Shown in pieces: positions 13,863 through 28,042 of a stretch of 64,000 bases of DNA. Both the position numbers and the translations under genes were made by a program. The notes beneath the pieces are model-generated. The model worked only from the letters and a program-made list of their open reading frames with translations. It made no database searches and was not told the DNA's origin. Source of the DNA: Raja brachyura (lineage: Eukaryota); the NCBI GenBank assembly GCA_963514005.1, contig OY740783.1, positions 120,280,001 through 120,344,000 of the forward strand, read 5' to 3'. The stretch's first letter is position 1; each line of letters starts with the position of its first letter.

Positions 13863-16110
13863 CTTCATTGCTGGGAGCGCTAATTCGAAAGGTGCGTTCC
13901 GAAAATTGGCATCGACTGCCAGCGCGAAGAGGCTAGTCACTGACACCCGGTGCCAAGCAGATGTAAGGGATATCTTTGTGTAGAGGTAAAACCTAGGTCG
14001 TTTAGAGGCCACACCTGTGTGACGATATCTGAATCCCTCCTTGAAGTGACGGATGAGGAATTTCGTAAAGGCACTGTGCTCGGTGGCTAGAGTATAGATT
14101 GGCTGGGAATACTGTAGTCCATACGAGATTTCATTGGGCAATTTAATTTGAATTTGAGAGCCCGCATATGTGGAGGGATATACACCAAAACTATTTGTTC
14201 CGAGAACGAGTTTAGATTTGCAGAATCAAATTTCCAAATACAGGATTTCACATTGAAGTTTTGCCCGTACGGTAGAATTCGAATTCTGTGTAAATAGAAC
14301 TTTGGAGTTTGTGCATGTTTGAGATTGATTTCGAATAGTGAATAGTAACCCTCAACAGTGAATAGCAACCCTCTGATCGATTGTTGATTAGTACCTGATA
14401 GCGAAGAGTAACTGAGAGATGGGAACCTGGTTTACTTGGTGAAAAGTACCCGGATGCGAGAGGTGCCCCTAATTTTGTAGAACAGAGAGGAGGGATAGAG
14501 GTCCCCCTATAAAAGTCCAGTCTTAGTAGGGGAAAGTAACATTTAGGAGGAAAGGTAGTCCATTTATGAAGTAGTACCCCTCAGCAAAGTGTACCCTAGG
14601 AAGGGGAAAATCTTTGGTATCAGAGGGAGAGGTTCACTGATTGATAACAGCGCGACGCGGCATTGAGATCGAGTGTTGGGAAACACTTTTAAATTATTAT
14701 TGCAAATTGTAAAAATCCAGCATCTTCTTTTTTAGCATCTTTATTGGATCCAAATTGTAAAAATAATTTGTGTATGTAAAAAGATTTAGAGTGTGTTAAG
14801 ATTTAGAGTGTGTTAAGATCGTGGACCGCTACTTGTATTGTCTGTGTGAGTGCTTAAGGATTTTTGGGAGTTAGATCATTGGAGTAAAAGTGTGTTTGAA
14901 TTGAATATTTGCATTTGTTTAAATCGGGATTGTAGTATGGTTACAATCCGATTCGTGGTGGTTTAATCAGTCTTCGTATTCTTTCGATCGCTGTGTCGGG
15001 GAGGAGTCATTCCATTGACCGAGTACGCCACGAGGAGGATTTATTAGTGTGATTTATCGTCATAATAAGTGGATGCTTGTATTTTATATTGCGGTGTGTC
15101 TCCGCATGAAGCAGAGAGATTAAGAAAATTATCATGAAAATTAAATAGTTTTTTGAGGAACAAACTTTGGTCGATAAGTGGGCTAAAATCTATATTAGGA
15201 ATAACCTACATGGAGATCATAGTTAGACAATATGGATATAGTGAAGAAGGGAACGAGCTTATTGAAATATGGAGAATGTTGTTCATTGAAAGGAAAGGAA
15301 ATAAAGAAATCCTTCTGCTTTCTACTTTAAGAATGGTAGCATTCAAATTTGGGATTAGAATGAAAAAAGAGAAAACTGGTCGTTCTCTAGACATTCCGGA
15401 ACAGGGAAAGGAAGATAGTGGAAGCCAGCAGCAGGTTCAGGAGCAGGAGAGAACATCAGCTTTTAAAAGAGAAATTACTGAAATGGCTCCTGAAAAGGGG
15501 AGGTGCTGACTAAAATCAAACTTATTAAATTTAGAGAGAGAAGCCCATTATATGCAAGGGTGGGCAGACTTTTTCGGAATAGAGTCACAGCATTCCTCTC
15601 AGCACTCTCATGTTCTTAGTTCGGAGACACCATGCACAGCTTGTGGACAAGGCGCTAGGGAAGCGTTAGTGGTATATTTGACTCCACCCACTAAATTCAA
15701 ATGCAAAGTAGGAAAATCGGGAAAGGACTCTCTAGCTCTGATGATTGCTTCACCAGCAGAGAATAGTATGGAGGATCAAGGAGCTAGAAGGAAAGTTCTG
15801 CAGAAGTGGGTGCCAAAATTAATTGGGAAATCAAGTGGGAAAGTGAAAGAATTCTTCCTAAAGTATAGAGATTCCGGTAGCAGAACGAGCAGCTTTTCTG
15901 AGGGTGAGACAGCAGGAGGCTATGAAGTGGCTGATCCTGACATCGATAACATTATAAGATCAGAACAAATTCCCGACGATATGGGTACAGAGCGGATTCC
16001 CCGTAGGCAATTCCCTAGTAGGAATCTGTCTACTCCGCCTTTAGAATTAGATCCCGCAGTAGGTGTAAATGATCCCCGGGCCACAGATGTCTACATTTCA
16101 ATCCCCCAAG

Positions 16111-16404
16111 CAGGGTGCAATGCCACCGAATTCAAGTGCAGTTTCATACCACTTCAAACAGGGTGCAAGGCCACCAAATGCAAATGCGGTTTCATGCCAT
16201 TTCATGCAGGGTGCAAGGCCACCAAATTCAAGTGCAGTTTCATGCCATTTCAAGCAGGGTGCAAGGCCACCAAATTCAAGTGCAGTTTCATACCATTTCA
16301 AGCAGGGTGCAAGGACACCAAATTCAAATGCAGTTTCCGACCACTTCAAGCAGGTTGCAAGGCCACCACATTCAATTGCAGTTTCATACATTTTCAAGCA
16401 GGGT
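16111..16404 (+). repeat. 48-bp minisatellite, about 6 units
   Basis: Unit cagggtgcaaggccaccaaattcaagtgcagtttcat(a/g)ccatttcaag starting at 16111, 16159, 16207, 16255, 16303 and 16351. Confidence 0.95.
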
Positions 16405-16614
16405 GAAACCACCATAAACCCACCATAAAACCACACAAAACACCACATAAACACCACACTCACAGTTAAGTATACATTCAGTGTGGTCAGTTGATTCACA
16501 GCTCAGACAGATTTGTGACCTCTCCCTCCCCCATCTTGCAGAGAATGAGCCACACCCACACTTCCGGGTTTTATAATCCCTCCCCCTCCTACCGGAGGGG
16601 GCATGGACTTCATG

Positions 16615-19560
16615 CCCGGTCTGCACCTGGGCTGGAATGGAACCAATGTCCTTGGGGGAGTGTTTGCTAGTGCTGTCGGGGAGGATTTAAACTAATGTGG
16701 CAGGGGGATGGGTACATTAAATACTATTAATGAGTATGATATAGTTGCGATCATGGAGACATGGCTCCAGGGTGACCAAGGCTGGGAGCTGAACATCCAG
16801 GGATATTCAATATTCAGGAGGGATAGAGAGAAAGGAAAAAGAGGTGGGGTAGCGTTGCTGGTTAGAGAGGATATTAACGCAATGGAAAGGAAAGACATTA
16901 GCTTGGAGCATGTGGAATCGGTATGGGTAGAGCTGCGAAACACTAAGGGACAGAAAACGCTGGTGGGCGTTGTCTACTGGCCACCTAACAGTAGTAGTGA
17001 AGTTGGGGATGGTATCAAACAGGAAATTAGAAATGCGTGCAACAAAGGCAAAACAGTTATAATGGGTGACTTCAATCTACATATAGATTGGGTGAATCAA
17101 ATTGGCAGGGGCGCTGAGGAAGAGGATTTTTTGGAAAGTATGCGGGATAGTTATCTAAATCAACATGTAGAGGAACCAACGAGAGAGCAGGCTATTTTAG
17201 ACTGGGTATTGAGTAATGAGGAAGGGTTAGTTAGCAGTCTTATTGTGCGTGCCACCTTGGGCAAGAGTGACCATAATATGGTCCAGTTCTTCATTAGGAT
17301 AGAGAGTGACATTGTTAATTCAGAAACAATGGTTCTGAACTTAAGGAAAGGTAACTTTGAGGGTATGAAACGTGAATTGGCCAAGATTGACTGGCAATCA
17401 ATTCTAAAAGGGTTGACGGTGGATACGCAATGGAAGACATTTAAAGATTGCATGAATTAACTACAAAAATTGTTCATCCCAGTTTGGCAAAAGAATAGAT
17501 CAGGGAAGGTAGTGCATCCGTGGATAACAAGGGAAATCAGGGATAGTATCAAAGCAAAGGATGATGCGTACAAAGTAGCCAGAAAAAGCAGCATACCAGA
17601 GGACTTGGAGAAAATCAGAGACCAGCAGAGGAGGACAAAGGGCTTGATTAGGAAAGGAAAAATAGATTATGAAAGAAAACTGGCAGGGAACATAAAAACT
17701 GACTGCAAAAGTTTTTATAGATATGTGAGGAGAAAGAGATTAGTTAAAACAAATGTAGGTCCCTTGCAGTCAGAAACAGGTGAGTTGATCATGGGGGACA
17801 AGGATATGGCGGACCAATTGAATAACTACTTTGGTTCCGTCTTCACTAAGGAAGACATAAATAATCTGCTGGAAATAGCAGGGGACCGCGGGTCAAAGGA
17901 GGAGTGAACCTTGAGTGAAATCCAGGTTAGTCGGGAAGTGGTGTTGGGTAAATTGAACAGATTAAAGGCCGATAAATCCCCAGGGCCAGATAGGCTGCAT
18001 CCCAGAGTACTTAAGGAAGTAGCTCTGGAAATATAGTGGATGCATTAGTGATAATCTTTCGAAACTCTTTAGATTCTGGAGTAGTTCCTGAGGATTGGCG
18101 GGTAGCAAACGTAACCCCTCTTTTTAAGAAGTGGGGGAGAGAGAAAACGGGGAATTACAGACCAGTTAGTCTAACATCGGTAGTGGGGAAACTGCTAGAG
18201 TCAGTTATTAAAGATGGGATAGCAGCACATTTGGAAAGTGGTGAAATCATTGGGCAAAGTCAGCATGGATTTACGAAAGGTAAATCATGTCTGACGAATC
18301 TTGTGGAATTTTTCGAGGATGTAACTAGTAGCGTGGATAGGGGAGAACCAGTGGATGTGGTGTATCTGGACTTCCAGAAGGCTTTCGACAAGGTCCCACA
18401 TAAGAGATTAGTATATAAACTTAAAGCATATGGCATTGGGGGTTCAGTATTGATGTGGATAGAGAACTGGCTGGCAAACAGGAAGCAAAGAGTAGGAGTA
18501 AACGGGTCGTTTTCACAATGGCAGGCAGTGACTAGTGGGGTACCGCAAGGCTCAGTGCTGGGACCCCAGCTATTTACAATATACATTAATGATCTGGATG
18601 AGGGAATTGAAGGCAATATCTCCAAGTTTGCGGATGCAACTAAGCTGGGGGGCAGTGTTAGCTGTGAGGAGGATGCTAGGAGACTGCAAGGTGACTTGGA
18701 TAGGCTGGGTGAGTGGGCAAATGTTTGGCAGATGCAGTATAATGTGGATAAATGTGAGGTTATCCACTTTGTTGGCAAAAATAGGAAAACAGACTATTAT
18801 CTAAATGGAGGCCGATTAGGAAAAGGGGAGATGCAGCGCGACCTGGGTGTCATGGTACACCAGTCATTGAAAGTAGGCATGCAGGTGCAGCAGGCAGTGA
18901 AGAAAGCGAATGGTATGTTACCTTTCACAGCAAAAGGATTTGAGTATAGGAGCAGGGAGGTTCTACTTCAGTTGTATAGGGTCTTGGTGAGACCACACCT
19001 GGAGTATTGCGTACAGTTCTGGTCTCCAAATCTGAGGAAGGACATTATTGCCATAGAGGGAGTGCAGAGAAGGTTCACCAGACTGATTCCTGGGATGTCA
19101 GGACTGTCTTATGAACAAAGACTGCATAGACTCGGTTTATACTCTCTAGAATTTAGGAGATTGAGAGGCGATCTTATAGAAACTTACAAAATTCTTAAGG
19201 GGTTGGACAGGCTAGATGCAGGAAGATTGTTCCCGATGTTGGGGAGGTCCAGGACAAGGGATCACAGCTTAAGGATAAGGGGGAAATCCTTTAGGAGCGA
19301 GATGAGAAGGACTTTTTTCACACAGAGAGTGGTGGGTCTCTGGAACTCTCTGCCACAGAGGGTAGTTGAGGCCAGTTCATTGGCTATATTTAAGAGGGTT
19401 AGATGTGGCCCTTGTGGCTAAGGGGATCAGAGGGTATGGAGAGAAGGCAGGTATGGGATACTGAGTTGGATGATCAGCCATGATCATATTGAATGGCGGT
19501 GCAGGCTCGAAGGGCCGAATGGCCTACTCCTGCACCTAATTTCTATGTTTCTATGTTTCA
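16615..19560 (+). mobile_element. CR1 LINE: ORF1 C-terminus plus near-complete ORF2 (APE endonuclease, RT), broken by a few stops and a frameshift
   Basis: ETWL, MGDFN, SDHN (APE); NYRPVSLTS, YLDFQKAFDKV, GVPQGSVLGP, FADA (for FADD); tail (ttctatgt)2; ttcatg at both junctions. Confidence 0.95.
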
Positions 19561-20307
19561 TGGTGTGATTGACAGGAGAGAGATTCTCAACATTTTTAAA
19601 ATACTAATAACACTTCTATTTTTTATTGATGGGAAGAATCCTCTGCACCTAATGAGCGGAGGGGAACTGAGTAAGATGGCCAAAAATCACAGCCGTAAGT
19701 GGTAGCGTTTTATCTAAAATCAATATACAGTGCAAACAGGAACTTGTCAATTTTAGACTTTTAATCATTTGCCCTTTCAAACCAACCACCACCAACCATT
19801 TGCTGTGCTTTTATTTCACACCAACCACCACCAACCATTTCCTGTGCTTTTATTTCAAATTACCCACCACCAACCATTTGCTGTGCTTTTATTTCAAACC
19901 AACCACATTTTCATTTTCAAACCACATTAAGGGCACTCAAGGTCAGTAAATCACACTCATAGTTTAGTTGACATGTGTTCAGTATTATTCACAGCTCAGA
20001 CTGAGAGACGTGACACTCTTGCTCCCCCATCTTGTAGAGACTGACTGAGGCACTCAATACTTCCGGGTTTTATACTCCCTCCCGAAGGGGCGTGGCCTTC
20101 AGGAGAGAGAATCTCAACATTTTTTAAACACTAATAACTCTTTTATTTTTCATTGATGGGAAAAATGCTCTTGTCCTGCGCAGAGGAGAGGGACTCTGAG
20201 TAAGATGGCCAAAAATCGCAGCCATAAGTGACAACGTTTAAAAAAAATCAATCTACAGAACAACAGAAAGTGGTCAAGATCAGACTTTTAGTAATATACA
20301 TTATAAG

Positions 20308-23300
20308 AATAGTAAGATTAAACGAGAACTTACCAGTTTGAAATTTGATCTTTATTTTATGAGGAGTTACGATGAGCGATTCCGTGAAGAACCCCACCAG
20401 TCCACATGCGCGTCAATCTTCAAAGCAGCGGTGTGAAATCACAGAATTACAGTAATTGAAATAACATAGTAAGATTATAAACCTAGAACTACCAGATGAC
20501 CTTTCCGATATGAGGCTTGGGAACGGTGGGTACGTAATCGCTCATCGTAAATCCTCATAAAATAAAGATCAAACTTCAAACTGGTAAGTTCTCGTTCAAT
20601 CTTACAATTTTACTTCGGAGTCACGTGAGTGATTCCGTGAAGATTTCAAAGCTCTGTGATTTCATGCCGTAGATACGAATCCAGGCGTCTCACTGCAGCA
20701 ATTGACTCAGGATGAGTGAATAGAACAATGCATTGAATCATGACATTGATTTGAAACGTTAACGGTTTATTTAACAAAGAAACAATATCAACCCCTATCT
20801 CCCAGGGGGGCTATGAAACAGAACTTAAAATGGATTGGGCGAATACCCCTGGTTCGGTAAGCAGCTTCTTATAGAACCTTTGAAAAGTCAGTTCATTTGA
20901 CCATTCTGCGGTCGCGAGGATATGGTCTAGAAGGACGTCCATTGCCCTCGCTGCTGACGTTGATGCCGCCCTGGTGGAGTGAGATTTTAAATGGTCAGTG
21001 TCCAGTCCTGCATTCACGAGAACCTGTTTCAGCCACCTTGAGATGGTCTGAACCGACACCATCACATGCGTTTTTTTGTGGTTAATAAGTAATGCTGATT
21101 CAAAACCTCTGAGGCTCTTGGTGACCTTAATATAATATAGCAAGTGTGACACTATGCACAGTCTTAAATCCGTGGGATATGCCGAAAATATAACCTTGAA
21201 CCCAGATACCCCTGGTCTGCTATGTTTAATTAAATCATAAATGTAAAACGTAATTTATTACCAGATGATACCATCCTGTCTAGTCGCAGCTTCTGCAATG
21301 TCTGGACCCATTGTGCTGAAACCAGCGCCATAAGCATGACCACCTCAAGGGTGATTTTGGGCAAAGACAGGGATGTGGCTAAGCAGCGGGAACACCATGC
21401 TCACATCCCAGATTTCTGAGTAACTGGGTCTGGGGGTTTGGAATTAAAAATACCCCTCATAAACTGAGATATTAAAGGGTGAGATCCAACTGAATGTTGA
21501 TCCGACCCCAGCCATAAGTATGATGACAGGGCACTCCTGGCACTATTGATGGCACTATAGCTCAACCCTTCATCAAAATATAACATTGACAGAGATTCTA
21601 GCACATCTGCGATGCATGCCGTATGATATGCAATGTTCCCCTGTGAACAGAACATCTCCCATTTCCTGATATGAGAGGTATACTATTTTTTGGTACTATC
21701 CCTTCAGGCCGCAGCTATCACATCCACGGTACGGTCAGATAGTCCAAGCCCCAGGTATGGCCTCCTCAGAATCTGCAAATTAACAGATCAATACGATCAT
21801 GTAATGGATGTAAATTCCCATTTACAGGGTGCACCAGTAGGTCACTGCGTTTTGGAACACCCATAATTGGCTGTGTTGTTATCTCCAAAATGAGAGGGAA
21901 CCATGCCTGAGTAGGCCAGTCGGGTACCACCAATATTTCTGAAGCGGAGTCCTGCTTGATCTTGAACAAGCACCAACTGATGATGCAAAATGGAGGAATT
22001 GCATATAAAAACATTCCACCCCAATGTAGTGAGAATGCATCTACCGCTAATGCCCCAGGGTCTGGTTCCCATGAAACATATTTGGGTAACTGGTGATTGA
22101 GTCTGGATGTAAACAAATTGATATCTGGCATCCCATATTGAACAACAATATCATTAAATATTTCAAGATTCAACATCCATTCTGTGTTGTCATTGAATTT
22201 GCGTGGCGTGGTGTCTGCCACCATGTTGAGTCTACCTGGTAGGTAGATAGCTGAAACCCAAATATTTCTTGTAATGCACCAATGCCAAATAAGATTAGCC
22301 AATCTATCACAAGATTCTGACTTGATTCCACCCATGTGATTAACATATGCTACTGCCGTAGTGTTGTCACTCTGAAGTTGAACATGTAAGTGACTCATGG
22401 TTGTACAATAAGCTTTAAGTCCATGAAACACTCCCAATAGCTCTAAATAATTAATTCCATGTGATTGGAGAATAAATGCCTCGTGCATATTCCATCTGCC
22501 CCCACAGCTAGAGATGGTATCCGTAGCACCCCAACTTAAGGCACTAACATCAGTCTGTAAAACAACTGAAGGTTCCTCAACCAGAATTTTGCTGGAGCAA
22601 TTTGAGATGTTCATTATCCACCAGTGCAATTCAGCAATGGCTTCAGCTGGTAATTGCATGAGCCTGTCGAAATGACCTGCATGTATTCTGAGTGCCTGTT
22701 CTTTTGCACGTTGTAAATTTTGGTAATGCAAAGGTCCATACTGTGCAGCTGGAAAAGCAGCCACTAATTTGCCAACCAGGCTGGCCACCTGCCAAATTGA
22801 AGGTTGTTGCTCCTTCATGAGCTTGTTACAGCCTTCAATTACATTTAATCTCTTGTCCCTGGGCAAGGTCACTAGCATGTGAGTTGAGTTAATAGTGAAT
22901 ACCGAATAATCAATAATTTTAACTCATATCAATTTGGATTTAAGTGGATGAATGAGGAACCCCAATCTCTCAAACAAGAGTTTAACAACTGAGACTGATA
23001 ATTCAGCTGTTTCCCGGGTCTTTCCTATTTTCAAGATATTATCCAAATAAGCTATTACAATATGGCCCTGAGCCCGGAGTAGCCCCAATACTGGTTTTAA
23101 CAGTTTTGTAAATAATCTGAGTGCCGAGGTTAACCCATTAGGCAGTGCTTTAAATTGCCATAATTGTCTCATCCACCTAAATTTCAGATATCTCTGATGA
23201 TCCCTATGAACCGCAGCCCTCTGGCACTCAACGGTCCTTTAATAAGTCTTTGCCTCATTGTCCAGTTCTTTGACTCTTTTTGCGAGGTCTTCACCAAACA

Positions 23301-24480
23301 GCAGATTTGGTGGCTGAATATTACTCGGTTTGCACAGAGTGGCGAACTTCGGGTTGATGGTGGGGCGGATGGCAGTTTTCTTCAGACAGTTTATTTCGAA
23401 GTGCATATTACACATGAAAGCCAGGGCACCCTGCTACACTTCCACCGGTACAGACAGACAGGTGCCCTCCATCCACCGACCTGGCGAATGCTATAATGCT
23501 CGAGGCGAGGAGCTTTAGCACCCTCAGAAGCCTAATTTCCTGAGTTCTTATGGCTACGCTCATATGACCCCATATGGCGTGGTTCACAGCCGGCACTTTG
23601 AGTCAGACACAATTCGATGGTGTCTCATACTTTCTGGCTGTTTCATCAATAATGAGCTCTTGAAGCTGGTGTGAAGCCAAGTAGTTAATACCTGCAGCCA
23701 ACTCTTCGCCCAGCGGCTCTCCTGTGTCTGTTGGGATAGCATATCTTGCTGCCAGGGATGGTACCTCTGACTCGTGCCCTTCATCCCTTGGGTTATGCTC
23801 CATGGCTATACCCTCAGACTCGGTGTCAGAATATAACTGACACACGCTCTCCTCCTCCAAGAGGGAGACATTAAGCAGCCCTGTTTCAGGCACTGCTGGC
23901 ACAGGCTCTCCCATAGGCCGGCACTGACACAACTCCTCCTGTTGCAGTATGTCTAGATGGAGCATCCTCTCCATAAGGATCTCCATTCTGGATAACTGTC
24001 CCAAGACGTTATCCCTTTCCGGAGGGGAACCCTCCCGACCCGACTCGTCTCATCAGAGTCCACGGGCCGTGCAGACTTTTTGGTGACTTTGCGCCCCAAT
24101 GGAGCAGCCACGGTGCTTTCAGGCACCAAGTCTGCAGTCGCTGGTCGTACCGCTAGCGACTCTGTAGGTGAGCTAGGCGGCCGCCCGCTACCCGCATCAA
24201 GACTTTCCATCAAGACTTCCCGCTACTTTCCCGGCGGCTCGCCTCAACTTCACCCGTGACGTTTTTTTCCATACTTGGACTTGCTCCTGAAACAAGAAAT
24301 TATCAAGCGCAGAAAACGACCTCTGACTAAGTTTTACACTTTCCTGAGGCTTTTAAAAACTTACCGCTGGAGGAGCGATGATCCTCCCAACCGGTCGCTG
24401 TGCTATGCGTCAGACTTAATGACGCGCATGCGGACTGGCGGGGTTCTTCACGGAATCACTCACGTGACTCCGAAGTAAAA
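20308..24480 (-). mobile_element. DIRS1-type tyrosine-recombinase retrotransposon with both termini, decayed ORFs
   Basis: RT (FKALPNGLTS, AYLDN), RNaseH/MT (LQTDVS, INYLEL, SDNTTAVAY, VVPDWPTQAW), YR (HSTRAASTS, TFQRFY). Inverted terminal repeats 20378-20415 versus 24420-24457; internal complementary region 20536-20645. Confidence 0.92.
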
Positions 24481-26536
24481 CAAGAAATAACACCAACCCT
24501 TCCGAATCCCAGGAAGAGAGTTACAAAGAATCTAATAGGGATGAGAAACCTCACCAAAAGGAAGGACTACGAAAAGGGAAACATAGTAACTGATGGCAAC
24601 GAGAATAAGAACTAAAGAGAACTAAACTAGCTCTAGGGAGAGAAGAAACAAACTTATTGTGCAGGAGGTACGGGAGTAGGGAAAGGAGCTATTGTACTAA
24701 CTTGTTGCTAAGTTGTTGTGCCTGCAGGACAGTATAATTGACAGCATACTACTATCTGGGGAGTGAGGTAAAGAGTATGTGGACCCTTGAGAATGGACAG
24801 AAGACACAACTCAGGTAAGGTAGCTCCCCAGAAACAGAGACAAGGAGGAAATGTCCCTTTAAGACATCTGGGAAGGCTAACAAATAGAGAAGCCTGCTCC
24901 TCAGTATCCCTGCTCCTTTGAAACTAACATCAAGGAAGAAGAGGAAGATACCTACCCTAGTGCCCAACTTAAAAATCATCTAGCTTTTGACACCATTGAA
25001 GGAAAAATAAAATAACCCCATCCAACCTTTTCTAAAAGATGCAGACAACCTATGACGACTATTGGGGCAAGTTCTAATTTGAAGAATTGAATTTGAATTT
25101 GAAAATAGACACTCCTCTGTGGTTTGGGGCAGAATACCTACATTGCGCCTAAAGTATAGTTTTTAGAAATAAATTGATAACATTTTGTATTTGGTCTCTA
25201 AATTCTATGGTGATGAATTGGAGGGAGTTTAAAGTTTGAGATTAGGAACTGACTGGTGAGATTTGGCTTAGGAGTACTTAAACTGTTAATATTAATTGGG
25301 TATTTTATTGTCTCATCCCCAGACAGGCAGCCAAAGATGGGAAGGATTATTCAGAGAACATCAGGAAAGGATGGAACTTTGGAAAATCTGGTAACATGGA
25401 AGAATTATTCAGCGAACATAAGAGTTGGAATTGGAACTAGTAAAAAAGAGGAACTGTGAACATCAAGACTTCCCTTTAAGAGACCAAATTTAGCATACTA
25501 AAAAGTTACTCAGTGTTAAAAGGAAATTAGTTATGAGAAAGAACCCCTATGGACTGAGAGCCGAGCCAACTTACTAAGGAAGAAGTACTGGAGGAGGAAT
25601 CTATTGAATTAGAGGGAGGAATAAAGAAATGGGTGTTGAGATATCAGAGGCGATGTATTTGATCGGTGGATCTAAATTGTTTGACCCTTGATAGTAAAGT
25701 GGCTTCTATTATCAAGGTGGAAAGAAATTGTTCCTAGATTTGGCATTCTTAATTGGCTTTAGGATAAAACTGACAACATATGGAACTTGATTTGATTAAA
25801 TTTGAACAGCTGGGAATTCCACAGGAATTGGAATGTAATTGTGTTATCGACCACAAAGCTGTGGAATGAGAAGGGGGAGATGGACCCTGAAAAGTAAAAT
25901 ATTAAATTGAAGGCCGAGACTGAAGTTGGTTAAATTGGAACCTTCTTCATGGTTTGCTTTAAATAAGAGGCACTCTGGAGTGAATTCTGGACTGAACCCA
26001 GCTGAAATTATAAAAATAAACTATCATCAGATATACATATTATAACATCATCGTGTGAATACGGAGAGAGCTGTTTAGTGTTGATGCTAGGATAGTAAAG
26101 AATATATTATAGAACAGAATAGTAATAGAAATACAGTGATAGAGATAGTATTGACAGAATAGGAATACAGTGGAATGTATGGGAAAGCATTAGTGCATGA
26201 ATGGTAACTTGCTTTCTCCCAAGTTTTTCATGAATTATAGGTTATTGGTTCGACTATGGAAAGGGATGGAAGAATGGCAACAACACAGATGGAGGGAATT
26301 TGCACCCATGAAAACTCGGGAGGTGAAGACTCATCAGACGGAAATTATGAAGCTACACCCACGAAAACTCAGGAAGCTTGATCAGATTCTGGGAAGAAAC
26401 ATCATCGTCTTGTCATTGTTAATAGATGGAGTATGTAATGGTCACACACACACACACATATATAGATAGTTATTTGATTATCTGATTATTTGGCTATCAT
26501 AAATGATGGTTTATCATATATGATAAAAGGAAGGAA

Positions 26537-27295
26537 TGATAATTCTGGCCAAATTGGAAATGCCAGGGCACTAAAATTGAGTAAAGGCTTCTGAGCTGTT
26601 AGGGCATTTGGTCAATTTAAATGTGCCTTCTGCAGAAATGGGACATGCTGCAAAATGGTGCCAGCTTGTCTAGAGCCTAGATAAGAGTTGCAGGGAAAGA
26701 ATGGGACATCTGCGAAATTTACAATTAGGCGTAAATTGCATGAAATGGATTCGGTGAATGCAAACCAGAAATACACATTGTAAATATTTTTGCAAAGCTT
26801 TACTTTGCTAGATGTTGATTGGATTAAGTGTTCAGCCTTGTCTGGGTTTCTTGAATATCTGGGCAAATTTGCAATGTTTGCTTCCTTCCAGAAGCTCAGT
26901 TTAAATACAATGTATTGGTTACTGTATTATTGGGTTAAAGAAATGTCTATCATGTATTGTGTTAATCAATATCTATTATTGGACTATAAAGACACCACCC
27001 CCATATGGTTCGGCTCCTCAAGGTTCGGGGACCTATAAAAGGTAGCCCCCATTGTGTCGATCTTCTGGGAGAATGCTTAGGACTGCCTGACCTTTTGGAG
27101 TGTCTCTGCTTGCACAAGGCTAGGAGGGCTTGGCCAAGCAGATACAAGGATCAAACGTGCCATGGCAGGGTATAGTAGTGTGGAACTGTTACTGTGTTTT
27201 TCCAAAATAAAGTTTAGATGCACAAGTGCTTGACTCAGAATCTTATTGACTGTAACTAGACTGGGGGGGGGGATGCTCAGAAAGAGCTATTTACA
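26537..27295 (+). mobile_element. 3' LTR of the same ERV-like element
   Basis: Preceded by polypurine tract aaaaggaaggaa; TG...CA termini; TATAAAA at about 27035; AATAAA at about 27207; followed by aaga (about equal to TSD AGGA) and the same CR1 flank as the solo LTR. Confidence 0.85.
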
Positions 27296-28042
27296 AAGAT
27301 GTACCTGGATTTGGAAAAAATAACGACTGATGAGTTATAGTTAGCATGGCTTTGTGTGTGGAATTTGTGTGTGACTCATGAATTTGACTGAGCTTTTGAC
27401 GAGGCGATGAGTCTTTTGACGAGGGCAGAGCTGGTACACATTTCCTGCTTGGACGTTAAGAAGGCCTTTGCCAGGCTCTCACATGGCTTACTAGTCTGGA
27501 AGATTAAATCACATGAGGTCTGGGGTGAATGATCCAATTGGATATAAATGTGGCTTGGTGGAAGGTGGTGGTGATGGGTTGTTATTCAGACCGGAGGCCT
27601 GTGACTAGTGGTGTAACACAGGGATCGGTGCTGGGCCCACTCAGTACGAAATGGGTTTGATGTGTTCCCAAGGGGTGTCCTCACAGATGTGTGTATTTTG
27701 CCGCTCACGGTGTGTTCGGTGGTCCTTACCATTCTCCTCCTTTTTGCAGGGAGGTCTTTGAATGTGCACATTGCCATAGAGAGCGTTATTCTGAGACTCC
27801 TGGGGGTCTGAAAAGAACACAGATTGTATTGCATTCCAGCATCTCTCGCCCACTGTATTCTATCACTCAAACCACCCACTCCCATTTAAAATACATTGGG
27901 ACAGGTACATGGATTGGAAAGGTGTATAGGGATATGGGCCAAATGCAGGCAATTGGGACTAGTGTGAATGTGGCATTTTGGTTGACTTGAGCAAGTTGGA
28001 CCAAAGAGCCTTTCTCTGTGCTGTATGACTATGAGTCCCCAC

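Larger units (their letters stand above)
16085..20300 (-). mobile_element. Helitron-like non-autonomous repeat, split by the CR1 at 16615-19560
   Basis: Halves rejoin as ggacttcatg|gtgtgattgacagg; internal duplications (16455-16610 about 19950-20100; 19575-19760 about 20100-20295); minisatellites; minus-strand end T(G/C)TATATTACTAAAAG resembles a Helitron 5' end. No 3' hairpin-CTAG was found. Confidence 0.4.
13863..26536 (+). mobile_element. Degenerate ERV-like internal region (5' LTR missing) with nested insertions
   Basis: Purine-rich decayed sequence ending at the PPT and LTR; integrase-like LGIPQ..YRPQSCGM at about 25810-25870; possible gag-like stretch 15700-16080. Confidence 0.6.

Noticed and set aside
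15552-16406. 284-aa ORF ending in Cys-rich 16-aa repeats (GCKATKFKCSFIPFQA)
   Set aside because: The repeats come from a 48-bp minisatellite that is open in four frames and belongs to an inserted repeat joined to decayed ERV sequence; most likely a chance fusion.
16111-19910. Tandem arrays (48-bp at 16111; about 37-bp at 19790-19910) as CRISPR-like arrays
   Set aside because: No unique spacers, no cas genes, vertebrate context.
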